Shown here in pieces: positions 1 through 10,241 of a stretch of DNA of 64,000 bases (positions are counted from its first letter, which is position 1; every line of letters starts with the position of its first letter). This stretch comes from an uncultured Alphaproteobacteria bacterium (lineage in GTDB: Bacteria > Pseudomonadota > Alphaproteobacteria > Methylaequorales > Methylaequoraceae): contig CACIYM010000001.1 of NCBI GenBank assembly GCA_902590895.1, positions 68,477 to 132,476 on the forward strand. The letters run 5' to 3'. The notes under the pieces are model-generated. The model had not been told where the DNA came from and did no database searches. It worked only from the letters and a program-made list of their open reading frames with translations. The position numbers were made by a program, and so were the translations under genes.

Positions 1-1274
1 CAGATGAAAAGATTCAAAAAGGTTCAGATTTAGGAATTCTAGAAGGTATTCCAATTGGTATGAAGGACTTATTTTGTACAGACGGTGTTAAAACTACAGC
101 AGGTTCAAAGATGCTAGAAAATTTTGTTCCATTTTATGAATCAACAGTATCACAAAACCTATGGAAAAATGGAGCAATCATGTTGGGAAAAACAAATATG
201 GATGAGTTTGCGATGGGCTCGGCCAACACCACAAGTTTTTTTGGAAACGTTTTGAATCCAATCCGCTCTGATGATCAAAAAGACCTTGTGCCTGGTGGTT
301 CGTCTGGGGGATCAGCTGCAGCAGTGGCATCCGGACAATGTTTTGCTGCTACTGGTTCAGATACTGGTGGTTCCATAAGACAACCCGCATCATTTTGTGG
401 TTTGGTGGGTTTCAAACCAACTTACGGAAGGTGTTCAAGATTTGGTATGGTTGCATTTGCCTCTTCTCTTGACCAGGCAGGTCCTATCACAAAAACAGTT
501 AGCGATGCAGCATTAATGCTTCAATCTATGTGTAGTTATGATGATAAAGACTCTACAAGTTCAAAAAAATTAATACCAAATTTTAGTGATTATAAAAAAT
601 TTGATCTGAAAGGTAAAAAAATTGGCTTACCCAATGAGTATATTATTGAGGGATTAAATGAAGAAATAAAAAAAAAGTTTGATCAATGTATTAATATTTT
701 TAAAGACTGCGGTGCAGAACTAATTGACATAACCTTGCCCCATACTAATTACGCTCTTCCAACATATTATATCATTGCCCCTGCAGAAGCCTCAGCAAAT
801 TTAGCACGATATGATGGAGTAAGATATGGTCTAAGAGAAAACTCTGAAAATCTTGACGATTTGTATCAAACAACCAGAGCATCAGGTTTCGGTGATGAGG
901 TTAAAAGAAGATTGATTATAGGAACATATGTTTTGTCTGCTGGTTATTATGATGCATATTATTTAAAAGCTTTAAAAGTAAGACAGTTAATTTCAAATGA
1001 TTTTAAAAATGCTTTTGAAAAATGTGATTTAATCCTGACCCCAACAACTCCAAATGTTGCTTTTCCAATTGGAGAAAAGCAAAATGATCCATTAGAAATG
1101 TACCTTAATGATGTACTGACTGTGCCTGCAAGTCTGGCAGGTCTCCCTGCAATATCTGTATCAGCAGGAAATAATAACAACAACCTCCCAATTGGCATGC
1201 AGATTATTGGAAGACCATTTGAAGAGATTTCAGTATTAGCAGCCGGAAGCGCTATAGAATTAAGTAAGGTGTAA
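1..1274 (+). CDS. gatA: Glu-tRNA(Gln)/Asp-tRNA(Asn) amidotransferase subunit A, 5'-truncated by window edge
   Basis: The frame of ORF 60..1274 stays open back to position 3 ([24 protein letters not shown]). It has the amidase signature [12 protein letters not shown] and SIRQPA. gatB follows 2 nt downstream. Confidence 0.9.
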   Translation, partial: DEKIQKGSDLGILEGIPIGMKDLFCTDGVKTTAGSKMLENFVPFYESTVSQNLWKNGAIMLGKTNMDEFAMGSANTTSFFGNVLNPIRSDDQKDLVPGGSSGGSAAAVASGQCFAATGSDTGGSIRQPASFCGLVGFKPTYGRCSRFGMVAFASSLDQAGPITKTVSDAALMLQSMCSYDDKDSTSSKKLIPNFSDYKKFDLKGKKIGLPNEYIIEGLNEEIKKKFDQCINIFKDCGAELIDITLPHTNYALPTYYIIAPAEASANLARYDGVRYGLRENSENLDDLYQTTRASGFGDEVKRRLIIGTYVLSAGYYDAYYLKALKVRQLISNDFKNAFEKCDLILTPTTPNVAFPIGEKQNDPLEMYLNDVLTVPASLAGLPAISVSAGNNNNNLPIGMQIIGRPFEEISVLAAGSAIELSKV

Positions 1275-1276
1275 AA

Positions 1277-2725
1277 ATGAGTTTCTTTATTGAAGGAGAT
1301 ACTGGGAAATGGGAAGTAGTTTTAGGATTAGAGGTTCATGCCCAGATTAAATCTAACTCAAAACTCTTTTCAACAGCCTCAACAGAATGGGGTGGTGATC
1401 CTAATACTCATGTTGAGTTAGTTGATTGCGGTATGCCAGGAGCATTACCTGTTATAAACGAATTTTGCGTTAATCAAGCAATTCTTACAGGATTGAGTAT
1501 AAATGCTAAAATAAATGAAAAATCAATTTTTGATAGAAAGAATTATTTTTATCCAGATTTACCCCAAGGTTACCAAATTTCACAATTTGAATTTCCAATA
1601 GTCGGTAATGGTTTTTTAATGATCCAAACAAAGGAAGGTGAAAAAAGGATTGGTATAACAAGGTTGCACTTAGAACAAGATGCTGGAAAAAGTATACATG
1701 ATCAAGATATTAAAAATACATTAATTGATTTAAATCGATCTGGATGTGCTTTAATGGAGATTGTCTCGGAACCTGATTTGAGAAGTCCGGAGGAGGCGGC
1801 TTTATATGTTAAAAAATTAAGATCGATTTTGAGATGTATTGGTAGTTGTGATGGAAATATGGAAAAAGGTAATTTAAGAGCTGATGTAAATGTCTCTGTA
1901 AGAAAACCTGATTCTGAAATGGGAACGCGCTGCGAAATAAAAAACGTTAATTCAATAAAATTTATCCAGAAAGCAATAGAATACGAAGCTAGGAGACAGG
2001 TTGAAATAATTGAGAGTGGTAAAAAAATTATTCAAGAAACAAGATTGTTTGATCCTAATAAGGGTGAAACTCGTTCAATGAGAGGTAAGGAAGAATCGCA
2101 TGATTACAGATATTTTCCTGACCCTGATCTACCGCCTCTAATAATTAGTAAAGAAAAAATTGAAGAATTAAAAAGATCACTGCCTGAGTTACCTGATGAA
2201 AAAAAAAGCAGATTTATAAGCGAATATAGTTTAACTGATTATGATGCGGAAGTATTAACAGATGATCAATATGTTTCAGACTTTTTTGAAGAAGTTGTAA
2301 AAAATCGTGATTCAAAACTTGTAGTTAGTTGGATAAGTGTAGAATTATTTTCTTATTTAAAGAAGAATAGCATTGAGTTATCTGAATCGAAAATTACTTC
2401 GAAAAAGATTGCTGGTTTATTAGATTATATAATTTCTGGAAAAATATCTAACAGACAAGCTAAAGAATTATTTGAACCTTATCTAAAGTCTAATTTAGAA
2501 GCCAAAGATTTTATTGAAAAAATGGGTGTAGAGCAAGTTTCTGATGAGGGAGAAGTAGAGGGGTTAATAAATAGAGTTTTACAAGAAAATCCAAAAATGG
2601 TAGAGGATTATAAAAACGGTAAGGATAAGCTCTTTGGATTTTTTGTTGGCCAAGTTATGAAAGAGTCTAAAGGTAAGGCAAATCCTCAGGTCGTAAATAA
2701 AATCTTGAAGGATAAGCTCACATGA
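1277..2725 (+). CDS. gatB: Glu-tRNA(Gln)/Asp-tRNA(Asn) amidotransferase subunit B
   Basis: 482 aa. WEVVLGLEVHAQ and HLEQDAGK motifs typical of GatB. Adjacent to gatA. Confidence 0.9.
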   Translation: MSFFIEGDTGKWEVVLGLEVHAQIKSNSKLFSTASTEWGGDPNTHVELVDCGMPGALPVINEFCVNQAILTGLSINAKINEKSIFDRKNYFYPDLPQGYQISQFEFPIVGNGFLMIQTKEGEKRIGITRLHLEQDAGKSIHDQDIKNTLIDLNRSGCALMEIVSEPDLRSPEEAALYVKKLRSILRCIGSCDGNMEKGNLRADVNVSVRKPDSEMGTRCEIKNVNSIKFIQKAIEYEARRQVEIIESGKKIIQETRLFDPNKGETRSMRGKEESHDYRYFPDPDLPPLIISKEKIEELKRSLPELPDEKKSRFISEYSLTDYDAEVLTDDQYVSDFFEEVVKNRDSKLVVSWISVELFSYLKKNSIELSESKITSKKIAGLLDYIISGKISNRQAKELFEPYLKSNLEAKDFIEKMGVEQVSDEGEVEGLINRVLQENPKMVEDYKNGKDKLFGFFVGQVMKESKGKANPQVVNKILKDKLT

Positions 2726-2733
2726 TTTTCTTA

Positions 2734-2825
2734 GGAGAGGTGGCCGAGTGGCTGAAGGCGACGGTTTGCTAAACCGTTATAGGTGGTAACATCTATCGAG
2801 GGTTCGAATCCCTTCCTCTCCGCCA
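2734..2825 (+). tRNA. tRNA-Ser (anticodon GCU)
   Basis: Hand-folded cloverleaf. Acceptor GGAGAGG/CCTCTCC. Anticodon stem ACGGT/ACCGT with loop TTGCTAA. Long variable arm. T-loop TTCGAAT. Encoded CCA. Confidence 0.9.
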
Positions 2826-2851
2826 TAAATTTGTAGTAGAATTATGGTAGT

Positions 2852-3271
2852 TTATTGCTTTATAAGTATAAAGATTAATTGACTAATATAAAATAAAACT
2901 CCAAAAAGCTGTATTTTAATTGAAACCATGGTTAATTTCATTCCTTTTACCCTTTTTTTTAGATCCTCGTTTATATCAGATATTGCATTTGCGTGAATTG
3001 TCCTGCCAATTGAGAGCAAAATTATTGCTGGAACTGAAAAAAATAGTAGATTATTGAAATAAAGTAGCAAACTTAAAAATAAATTTATGGGAACAGTTTC
3101 ACAAAAATTAGCATGCGCCCTAATTGCTCGTTCAAGTTTAATGTCCTTTGACCCAATTGGCGACTTAGTTAATCTTCTTTGATTAACAACATTTCTAAAA
3201 AGTTTTATATAAAAAAGTGATAAATAAATAACTAAAAAAAAATATACAATCTCAAGATAGGTTTTTAACAT
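2852..3271 (-). CDS. MAPEG-family small membrane protein (glutathione-transferase-like)
   Basis: 139 aa with several hydrophobic helices. ERAIRAHANFCETVP resembles the MAPEG RAHxNxxE motif. Confidence 0.5.
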   Translation of the reverse strand: MLKTYLEIVYFFLVIYLSLFYIKLFRNVVNQRRLTKSPIGSKDIKLERAIRAHANFCETVPINLFLSLLLYFNNLLFFSVPAIILLSIGRTIHANAISDINEDLKKRVKGMKLTMVSIKIQLFGVLFYISQLIFILIKQ

Positions 3272-3329
3272 TGAAAAAAAATAATATTATTTAAATATTA
3301 TAAACTATTATCATTATTTAAATGTTCAT

Positions 3330-4751
3330 ATGAAAAAAAAAATTGCTATACACTGGTTTAGATTTGATTTGAGAGTTTCTGACAACCCTTCACTAAATTA
3401 CCTTTCTAAAAATTACGATAATATAATTGGAATCTATATTTTTGATGATATTAACTCTGATCCAAAACTTGGTTCAGCCAGTAAAGTCTGGCTGCATTCA
3501 TCACTAGATTATTTAAATAAACAATTGGATGGAAATCTTATTCTTTTGAAAGGTGATGCAAAGGGATGTATTGACCAATTGATCGATTCTTTCGACGTTG
3601 AAGAGATCTCATGGAATAGATCTTACGAACCATGGATTGTGAAAAGAGATAAAAGTTTAAAAATGTATTTAAAGAGTAAAGTAAATGTAAACTCATTTAA
3701 TGGTTCTCTTTTGTGGGAACCATGGGAAGTGTTAAAAAACGACGGTACTCCTTATAAAATATTTACTCCATTTTATAAACGTGGATGTCTTTTAGCTAGA
3801 GAACCTCGGGTTCCAAAATCTGAAAAAATTAATTTTTTTAAACATAACTTTTGTTCATTGAAACTCTCTGATCTAAAATTATTAGAAAACAAAAAATGGG
3901 AATCAAAGATTTTAAGTCAATGGGATGTTGGTGAAAACTCATCTCTTGAGATCATGAAGTCATTTTATCTTAACGGCGTCAAAGATTATTCAGATGGTCG
4001 AAATTTTCCCATTAAGAAAAATGTTTCAAGATTATCACCCTATCTTCATTGGGGTCAGATTTCTCCTAATATTCTATGGTATGAACTTAAAAGGTTAAAA
4101 AATTTAAGAGAAAACGATATTGAAGTTTTTAAAAGTGAATTAGGATGGAGAGAATTTGCTTACTATTTAATATATCATTTCCCGCACTTGCAAAAGAAAA
4201 ACTTAAAAAGTAATTTTGATAATTTTCAATGGTTAGATGATCAAGTTAATTTTACGAAGTGGTCTAAAGGTCTTACAGGCATCCCAATAGTAGATGCAGG
4301 TATGAGAGAGTTATGGCAAACAGGATACATGCATAACAGATCCAGAATGATTGTAAGTTCATTTTTGGTCAAAAATTTACTTATTCACTGGAGGAGGGGA
4401 GAGGAATGGTTTTGGGACTGTCTTTTCGATGCAGATGCAGCCAGTAATTCTGCTAGTTGGCAATGGGTAGCAGGGACAGGTACTGATTCAACTCCATATT
4501 TTAGGATTTTTAACCCTGTAACCCAAGGTCAAAAATTCGATCCTAATGGTGATTATGTAAAAAAATATGTTCCTGAATTAAAAAATTTCCCATTAAAATT
4601 TTTATTTTGTCCATGGGAATGTCCAGCAGATATCTTAAAAAATTTAAACTTTGAATTAGGGAAAAATTATCCCTACCCCATAGTAGATTTGAAAGAATCA
4701 AGAAACAGAGCACTTTCAACATATAATTTGTTAAGACAAGAAAGAAATTAA
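3330..4751 (+). CDS. phrB: class I CPD deoxyribodipyrimidine photolyase
   Basis: 473 aa. TGIPIVDAGMRELWQTGYMHNRSRMIVSSFLVKNL and the WQWVAGTG..D..PYFRIFNP FAD-binding motifs. Confidence 0.85.
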   Translation: MKKKIAIHWFRFDLRVSDNPSLNYLSKNYDNIIGIYIFDDINSDPKLGSASKVWLHSSLDYLNKQLDGNLILLKGDAKGCIDQLIDSFDVEEISWNRSYEPWIVKRDKSLKMYLKSKVNVNSFNGSLLWEPWEVLKNDGTPYKIFTPFYKRGCLLAREPRVPKSEKINFFKHNFCSLKLSDLKLLENKKWESKILSQWDVGENSSLEIMKSFYLNGVKDYSDGRNFPIKKNVSRLSPYLHWGQISPNILWYELKRLKNLRENDIEVFKSELGWREFAYYLIYHFPHLQKKNLKSNFDNFQWLDDQVNFTKWSKGLTGIPIVDAGMRELWQTGYMHNRSRMIVSSFLVKNLLIHWRRGEEWFWDCLFDADAASNSASWQWVAGTGTDSTPYFRIFNPVTQGQKFDPNGDYVKKYVPELKNFPLKFLFCPWECPADILKNLNFELGKNYPYPIVDLKESRNRALSTYNLLRQERN

Positions 4752-6244
4752 TGAAAAAAAAAATTTTCGTTATCCTAGGTAATCAGTTGTTTAATCCTTC
4801 TTTTTTTTCACAATTTAAAAAGGATCATACTTTTTTTCTAGCTGAAGATTTTGGTTTATGTACATACGAAAAACATCATAAACAAAAAATATTATTATTT
4901 TTATCTGCAATGAGATCATTTCGAGACGAGTTGCAAGAAAATGGTTTTGAGGTAATTTACAAGACTATTGAAGAAGATGATTTTAAAATTAGTTACACTG
5001 AAAAGTTAAACAAGTTAGCCAATGAATTTAATTTTGATTCTATCTCAATTTATGAAATTGAGGACAAACCTTTTGAAAAAACTTTTTTGTCTAATCTTCC
5101 CAAAAATGTACACCTAAATTATTTACCTTCCCCAATGTTTTTAACATCGAGAACTGAATTTAAAGATTATTTATCTAATACAAAAAAACCATTCATGGCA
5201 AATTTTTACAAATTACAAAGAAAAAAAAATTGTTTTCTTATTGATGATAACAATAACCCAGTAGGCGGTAAATGGAGCTTTGACGAAGAAAACAGAAAAA
5301 AAATACCTAAAGAAATAATTTTCCCAAAAAAATTTGAATTTCAGGAAAGCAAACATACCAAATACCTAAAAAAAATTATTGAAGAACAGTTTAAAGATCA
5401 TGTTGGGTCTACTGAAAATTTTTGGATTTGTACAACAAGAAAAGATGTTTGGAAACAATTTGATTATTTCACAAAGCAAAAAATAAACTTATTTGGTGAT
5501 TATGAAGATGCAGTTGATCAAAGAGATAATTTTCTTTTTCATTCTTCGTTAAGTCCTCTTATTAACATGGGTTTAATTACTCCAGGAGAGATAGTTGAAA
5601 AACTAAAAAAAATTGTGGGAAAAGTCAAAATTAACTCTTTGGAAGGTTATTTTAGACAAATAGTTGGTTGGAGAGAATTTATAAAAGGAGTTTATCAAAG
5701 CTATGATCAAGAATTTGAGAAAAATAATTTCTTTAATCACCAAAGGTTGATGAAAAAAAGTTGGTATGATGGATCTACAGGTGTGGAACCACTGGATTAT
5801 TCAATTAGAAATGCTTCTAACTTTGCATGGACTCATCATATAGAAAGGTTAATGATTCAAGCAAATATTATGAATCTGTGTGAAATAAAACCTTTATATG
5901 TTTATAAATGGTTTATGGAGCACTATATGGATTCTTCTGAGTGGGTGATGTACCCAAACGTTTATGGTATGGGCTTATTTAGTGATGGAGGTATATTTTC
6001 AACTAAACCTTATATATGCGGCTCATCATATTTTAGAAAAATGATGGATTTTAAAAAAGGTGAATGGTGCGATGTTTTAGATGGCCTATACTGGAGATTT
6101 ATTGAAAACAATAGAGATTTTTTTGGCAAAAACCCAAGACTATCAATGATGATTAGAGTATTAGATAAAATGAACCAAGATAGAAAAAAAAAAATAATTA
6201 CTCTTGCTGATAAGTTTATTGAAGAAAACACTTATAAAACATGA
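4751..6244 (+). CDS. photolyase-related protein of the COG3046 / FeS-BCP ((6-4) photolyase-like) family
   Basis: 497 aa. GWREF, HHIERLM and KPY..SSY...M motifs typical of CryB/PhrB-type proteins. TAATG overlap with phrB. Confidence 0.75.
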   Translation: MKKKIFVILGNQLFNPSFFSQFKKDHTFFLAEDFGLCTYEKHHKQKILLFLSAMRSFRDELQENGFEVIYKTIEEDDFKISYTEKLNKLANEFNFDSISIYEIEDKPFEKTFLSNLPKNVHLNYLPSPMFLTSRTEFKDYLSNTKKPFMANFYKLQRKKNCFLIDDNNNPVGGKWSFDEENRKKIPKEIIFPKKFEFQESKHTKYLKKIIEEQFKDHVGSTENFWICTTRKDVWKQFDYFTKQKINLFGDYEDAVDQRDNFLFHSSLSPLINMGLITPGEIVEKLKKIVGKVKINSLEGYFRQIVGWREFIKGVYQSYDQEFEKNNFFNHQRLMKKSWYDGSTGVEPLDYSIRNASNFAWTHHIERLMIQANIMNLCEIKPLYVYKWFMEHYMDSSEWVMYPNVYGMGLFSDGGIFSTKPYICGSSYFRKMMDFKKGEWCDVLDGLYWRFIENNRDFFGKNPRLSMMIRVLDKMNQDRKKKIITLADKFIEENTYKT

Positions 6245-6372
6245 AAAATAAAGAAATAAAGTTTTGTAAAACTTGCAATAGGCCATTTGAATGGCGAAAA
6301 AAATGGGAGAGAAACTGGGAAAACGTTTTATATTGTTCAAAAAAATGCTCTAAGAATCGTCAAGTTTTGTAA
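6241..6372 (+). CDS. DUF2256-like 43-aa zinc-ribbon protein (not in ORF track)
   Basis: [43 protein letters not shown], with CxxC-x19-CxxxC. ATGA overlap with the preceding photolyase-like gene. This family is typically photolyase-linked. Confidence 0.6.
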   Translation: MKNKEIKFCKTCNRPFEWRKKWERNWENVLYCSKKCSKNRQVL

Positions 6373-7003
6373 ATCTTAAATAAGGCTTAATTTTTTCAAA
6401 CTCCCCAAAAGTTTCTTTTGCCTCTTCATCAGAAACGGCTGGAACTATAATTACTTTTTCATTTTTTTTCCAATTAGCCGGAGTTGCCACTTTTCGCTTA
6501 CTTGTAAGTTGGACTGAATCTAAAACTCTTATAATTTCCTCAAAGTTTCTTCCGGTTGTCATAGGGTAGGTTAACATCATTCTAATTTTTTTATCTGGGT
6601 CAATTAAAAAGACTGACCTGACAGTTGCATTATTCATTGCCGTTCTAGAACTGTCAGCTTTCTCATCTGCTGGAAGCATATTATATGATTTAGCAATCTT
6701 AAGATCTTCATCTGCAATTAATGGATAATTTACAGAGGTACCTTGTACATCCTCTATATCTTTTTTCCATAAGTTATGATCTTCAACGGAATCAATGCTT
6801 AAGCCAATTAGTTTACAATTTCTTTTTGTAAATTCGTTTTCTATACTGGCCATGTAACCTAATTCTGTGGTGCATACTGGGGTGAAATCTTTAGGATGTG
6901 AAAATAATATTACCCAAGACTCTCCAATCCAATCATGAAAATCTATTTCTCCATGAGTTGTGACAGCCATAAAATTTGGTGCAATTTCATTAATTTTTAA
7001 CAT
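6350..7003 (-). CDS. 1-Cys (Prx6-type) peroxiredoxin
   Basis: 217 aa. The [13 protein letters not shown] active-site motif and length fit the Prx6 subfamily. Confidence 0.85.
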   Translation of the reverse strand: MLKINEIAPNFMAVTTHGEIDFHDWIGESWVILFSHPKDFTPVCTTELGYMASIENEFTKRNCKLIGLSIDSVEDHNLWKKDIEDVQGTSVNYPLIADEDLKIAKSYNMLPADEKADSSRTAMNNATVRSVFLIDPDKKIRMMLTYPMTTGRNFEEIIRVLDSVQLTSKRKVATPANWKKNEKVIIVPAVSDEEAKETFGEFEKIKPYLRFTKLDDS

Positions 7004-7112
7004 TAATTATTTATAACAAAAAAAAACTAAAAAAAGTTAATTATTTTCTTGATATTTAAAAAAAAGAATTTAAAACAAAATCACATTATTAACAATTAAC
7101 AAGGGGGAGTTT

Positions 7113-8294
7113 ATGTTGCCTTCTGTAAACGACATAAATCTCAAAGAGATTAGAGACCCCTTTTTTGTGTACAAACCTAAAAATTTAAAAAAAAGCATTA
7201 AAAGTTTTTTAAGTTACTTTCCAGGTGAAACACTCTATGCCGTTAAAACCAACCCAATTGATTTCGTTTTAAAAAATATTTACGATCATGGAATAAAATC
7301 TTTTGATGTAGCGTCTATTAATGAAGTTAAATTAGTAAGAAACTTATTTAAAAATGCAAATATTTATTTTATGAACCCCGTCAAATCAAGGTATGCCATC
7401 AAAGAAGCTTATTTTAATTATGGTGTAAGACACTTTTCATTAGATACCGATGAAGAATTAGAAAAAATAATTCAATGTACAAACTTTGCTAGTGATTTAA
7501 ATTTACATTTAAGGATTTCTATACCGAATGATTTCGCTGAAATAAATTTATCAAAAAAATTTGGAGTGGATGGACCTGATGCGAAAAAGCTTTTAATAAA
7601 AATGAAAAAGCTTTCAAAAAAAATTGGTGTTTCTTTTCATCCTGGATCTCAATGTATGAACCCTTTTGCCTATAAGTTTGCAATAAGTAAAACTGCTTCT
7701 TTAATAAAAGAATCTTGCGTAAATGTAACTTATTTTAATGTAGGAGGTGGTTTTCCCTCCAAATACCCTGGTATGGAGCCTGAACCACTTAGAAAATATT
7801 TAAAAGTAATAAGCGAAGAATTTTCAAAGTATTTTCATAAAAACTCTGATATTATTTTACTGTCAGAACCTGGAAGAGTGCTAGTCTCTAATTCAATGTC
7901 ATTGGTTGTAAGAATAGACTTAAGAAAAAAAAATTACTTGTATATCAATGATGGAACCTATGGTTACATGCATGATGCTGGAGTAACTGGTTTTACTTAC
8001 CCTGTAAGAAAATTTAGAGAAGAAAAAAAAATTAAACTTGTTCCATTTAGTTTTTATGGTCCAACTTGTGACTCCAAAGATTTTATGAAAGGTCCATTTT
8101 TTCTTCCTGAATCAATTGCAGAGGGCGATTATATAGAGCTAGAACAAATGGGTGCTTACTCCATTACAATGAAAAATAATTTCAATGGTTTTTATTCTGA
8201 ACCAAAAATTTTTATACAGGATTCTTTAAAAAATAAAATTCATTTCCTTGGTTTAAAAAATGGAAATAAGATCACAACTAATTTAGGTTTTTAA
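7113..8294 (+). CDS. PLP-dependent ornithine/arginine/lysine decarboxylase (alanine-racemase fold, group IV)
   Basis: 393 aa. YAVKTNP (PLP lysine), GGGFP and EPGR motifs. SD GGGGGAG lies upstream. Confidence 0.75.
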   Translation: MLPSVNDINLKEIRDPFFVYKPKNLKKSIKSFLSYFPGETLYAVKTNPIDFVLKNIYDHGIKSFDVASINEVKLVRNLFKNANIYFMNPVKSRYAIKEAYFNYGVRHFSLDTDEELEKIIQCTNFASDLNLHLRISIPNDFAEINLSKKFGVDGPDAKKLLIKMKKLSKKIGVSFHPGSQCMNPFAYKFAISKTASLIKESCVNVTYFNVGGGFPSKYPGMEPEPLRKYLKVISEEFSKYFHKNSDIILLSEPGRVLVSNSMSLVVRIDLRKKNYLYINDGTYGYMHDAGVTGFTYPVRKFREEKKIKLVPFSFYGPTCDSKDFMKGPFFLPESIAEGDYIELEQMGAYSITMKNNFNGFYSEPKIFIQDSLKNKIHFLGLKNGNKITTNLGF

Positions 8295-8295
8295 A

Positions 8296-9339
8296 ATGGA
8301 TGATAACGCACAAAAAGATTTAATTTTAAAGAGATCACTTTTGAAAGATGAAGTTAAGCATATTGATATTACTTCTTTTGACTCGAGAGTTATAATCAAT
8401 CAAATGCAATCAATGTCCTTCGTTGCACGAGAGATTGGTAAAGCTGCAGAGATTTTAAATTTGATGGTAAAAGATAATGAATCTGTAAATATATTGGTTA
8501 TCGCTGGTTCAAGTTCAGCTGCGGGGTGTTTAGATGTATATCAAAAAATGGCCGAGTGCAACATTATAGATGCTGTAGTTGCAACGGGTGCATCAATTAT
8601 TGACATGGATTTTTTTGAGGCCTTGGGATTTAAACATTATCAAGGAAGTCAATTCTCAGATGATAATTTATTAAGATCTTTAGATATTGATAGAATATAT
8701 GATACTTTTATTGATGAGGATGAACTTCAAAAATGTGATCATATAATTTATGAGATAGCTAATTCTTTAGAACCTAAGGTTTATAGCTCAATGGAGTTTA
8801 TTAAAGAACTGGGTAGATGGTTGAATAAAAGTAAAGAAAAAAAAAAATCTTTGATTCAAACTTGCTTTCAGAAAAATGTTCCAATATTTTGTCCTGCTTT
8901 TTCTGATTGTTCAGCTGGATTTGGTCTAGTCAAACATCAGAGTGAAAATTTATCCTCTCATATTTCAATTGATTCTGTTAAAGATTTTAGACAATTAACT
9001 GACATAAAAATTAAATCAAAAAATACAGGCTTATTTATGATAGGTGGAGGAGTTCCAAAGAATTTCATACAGGATACAGTTGTTTGCGCAGAAATGATAA
9101 ATAAAAAAGTAAATATGCACAAGTATGCAATTCAAATAACTGTAGCTGATCAACGTGATGGTGCATGTTCTAGTTCAACATTGAAAGAAGCAAGCTCTTG
9201 GGGTAAAGTTGACACACAGTATGAACAAATGGTTTTTTCTGAGGCAACAGTTGCAGTGCCATTAATAATAAGTGATGTTTATCACAGAGGCTTTTGGAAA
9301 AAACGAAAGCAAAAAAATCTTCTAAATATTTTTGAATAA
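8296..9339 (+). CDS. deoxyhypusine synthase-like protein (probable homospermidine synthase)
   Basis: 347 aa. IGGGVPKNF and a C-terminal EASSWGKV containing the catalytic Lys of the DHS family. Confidence 0.75.
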   Translation: MDDNAQKDLILKRSLLKDEVKHIDITSFDSRVIINQMQSMSFVAREIGKAAEILNLMVKDNESVNILVIAGSSSAAGCLDVYQKMAECNIIDAVVATGASIIDMDFFEALGFKHYQGSQFSDDNLLRSLDIDRIYDTFIDEDELQKCDHIIYEIANSLEPKVYSSMEFIKELGRWLNKSKEKKKSLIQTCFQKNVPIFCPAFSDCSAGFGLVKHQSENLSSHISIDSVKDFRQLTDIKIKSKNTGLFMIGGGVPKNFIQDTVVCAEMINKKVNMHKYAIQITVADQRDGACSSSTLKEASSWGKVDTQYEQMVFSEATVAVPLIISDVYHRGFWKKRKQKNLLNIFE

Positions 9340-9344
9340 AAAAA

Positions 9345-10241
9345 ATGAACAATTTTTATTCATCTAAAAGAGGTTTTTTGGGTCTAGAAAAAAATATTTC
9401 ATTTAATAAATCAAAAATAGTCATTGTGCCCTATGGACTTGAAAATACAGTTTCTTATAAGGGCGGAACATGTAAAGGTCCACAGGCAATTTTGAAGGCA
9501 AGTCACGAAGTTGAACTTTTTGATGAAGAACTATGGTCTGATAATTCAGAGAGATTAAGAATTTTAACAATGAAAGAACCAAGAATTCCTAGAAGTTTGA
9601 GTAAAGCATTAAAACAATTATCAACGATTGTTAATTATTTACTTTTTCAAAATAAATTACCTGTTGTTTTCGGTGGAGAACATTCAATTACCCCCGCAAT
9701 ATTAGAAAGTTATAAAAATCAAAAGTTTATTATTATTCATTTTGACGCTCATGCAGATTTGAGGGATGAATATAATGGAGAAAAATTCAGTCATGCCTCA
9801 GCTCTAAGAAGATGCTTAGAAAATGAAAATGTAGAATTAATATCCTTTGGTATAAGAAATATCTCAGAAGAGGAGGTAAAATTTTATGAAAGAAATAAAA
9901 AAAGAGTAGAGATTTTTTTTATGAAAGACAAAGATAATTGGGATTTAGAAAAGGTATTTAGAAAAATAAAAAACAAAAAAATATATATTAGTTTTGATGT
10001 AGACTGTTTTGATGTCTCGATTATGCCAGCAACTGGAACTCCAGAGCCTGGTGGTATGTTATGGGATGATTGTTTAAAAATTCTAAAAGATATTATTTTT
10101 AAATCTAATTTAATAGGGTTGGATATTAATGAGTTATCACCGATTTCTGGGGGTCATGCTTATGATTTTTTAGTTGCTAAACTTGTTTATAAGATCTTAA
10201 ATTATAACTTAATATCCCAAAATAAAGTAAACACCCATTGA
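9345..10241 (+). CDS. speB: agmatinase / ureohydrolase family
   Basis: 298 aa. Mn-ligand motifs GGEHSIT, DAHADL, SFDVDCFD and TGTPEPGG. Confidence 0.8.
   Translation: MNNFYSSKRGFLGLEKNISFNKSKIVIVPYGLENTVSYKGGTCKGPQAILKASHEVELFDEELWSDNSERLRILTMKEPRIPRSLSKALKQLSTIVNYLLFQNKLPVVFGGEHSITPAILESYKNQKFIIIHFDAHADLRDEYNGEKFSHASALRRCLENENVELISFGIRNISEEEVKFYERNKKRVEIFFMKDKDNWDLEKVFRKIKNKKIYISFDVDCFDVSIMPATGTPEPGGMLWDDCLKILKDIIFKSNLIGLDINELSPISGGHAYDFLVAKLVYKILNYNLISQNKVNTH

Noticed and set aside
8296-9339. Deoxyhypusine synthase homologue modifying the EF-P encoded at 52480-53046
   Set aside because: The two genes have no linkage, and I know of no precedent for bacterial EF-P hypusination. Homospermidine synthesis is the conservative reading.
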